The notes under the pieces were generated by a model that had not been told where the DNA came from, did not search any database, and was given only the letters and a program-made list of their open reading frames with translations. From an uncultured Spirochaetales bacterium (lineage in GTDB: Bacteria > Myxococcota_A > UBA9160 > SMWR01), in assembly GCA_964653555.1 (NCBI GenBank), contig CAZZFT010000009.1, forward strand, positions 1,040 through 65,039: a DNA stretch of 64,000 nucleotides, in the 5' to 3' direction. Numbering within the stretch: position 1 is the stretch's first letter; each line of letters opens with the position of its first letter. Of the stretch, positions 63,925-64,000 are shown one piece after another. The translations under genes and the position numbers were made by a program.

Positions 63925-64000
63925 TGGGCATCGCGTCCCGGTCGCGCGACGTCGTGTTCGACGTCCTGCAGACGGCCTTTCGTCTCTTCCCCTGGCCGAC
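63925..64000 (+). CDS. 5' end of a gene running off the window (unknown)
   Basis: ATG 63925, MGIASRSRDVVFDVLQTAFRLFPWP... Confidence 0.3.

Overview
Very GC-rich bacterial DNA (GC judged by eye, not computed). Several PEP-CTERM secreted proteins point to a Gram-negative, exosortase-bearing organism. No rRNA, tRNA or CRISPR array was found. All product calls rest on motifs read by eye in the supplied translations; no searches were run. Most long ORFs antisense to the called genes are high-GC shadow frames and were ignored.

Coherent gene blocks:
- A lipid-related block (WS/DGAT, DedA, RND/MMPL exporter, TPR protein).
- An Elp3-like radical-SAM/GNAT gene next to two methyltransferases.
- A membrane Ser/Thr kinase with its kinase domain at the C-terminus.
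- A B12-dependent acyl-CoA mutase cluster.
- A ParA-like ATPase fused to an FHA domain.
- A translationally coupled operon of NfnAB-like reductase, KorAB 2-oxoacid:ferredoxin oxidoreductase and a 706-aa unknown protein ending in a ferredoxin domain.
- A run of PEP-CTERM proteins.
- A visibly lower-GC island (MOSC-FNR fusion, Mug glycosylase, SDR, IS66-type remnant).
- An amidohydrolase/crotonase/P450 cluster.

The most unusual property is a mosaic structure. About 20 gene fragments abut one another or abut intact genes. Five copies of one ~35-76 bp sequence (AGGATAGGCAGTATAAGC...) each sit exactly on such a break, four in direct and one in inverted orientation. The longest copy runs into a DDE (rve-type) transposase remnant. 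The inverted pair brackets 14.3 kb that includes the Kor/Nfn operon. I read this as the terminus of an undescribed or decayed mobile element family. Assembly chimerism at a repeat is the main alternative and has to be excluded with reads.
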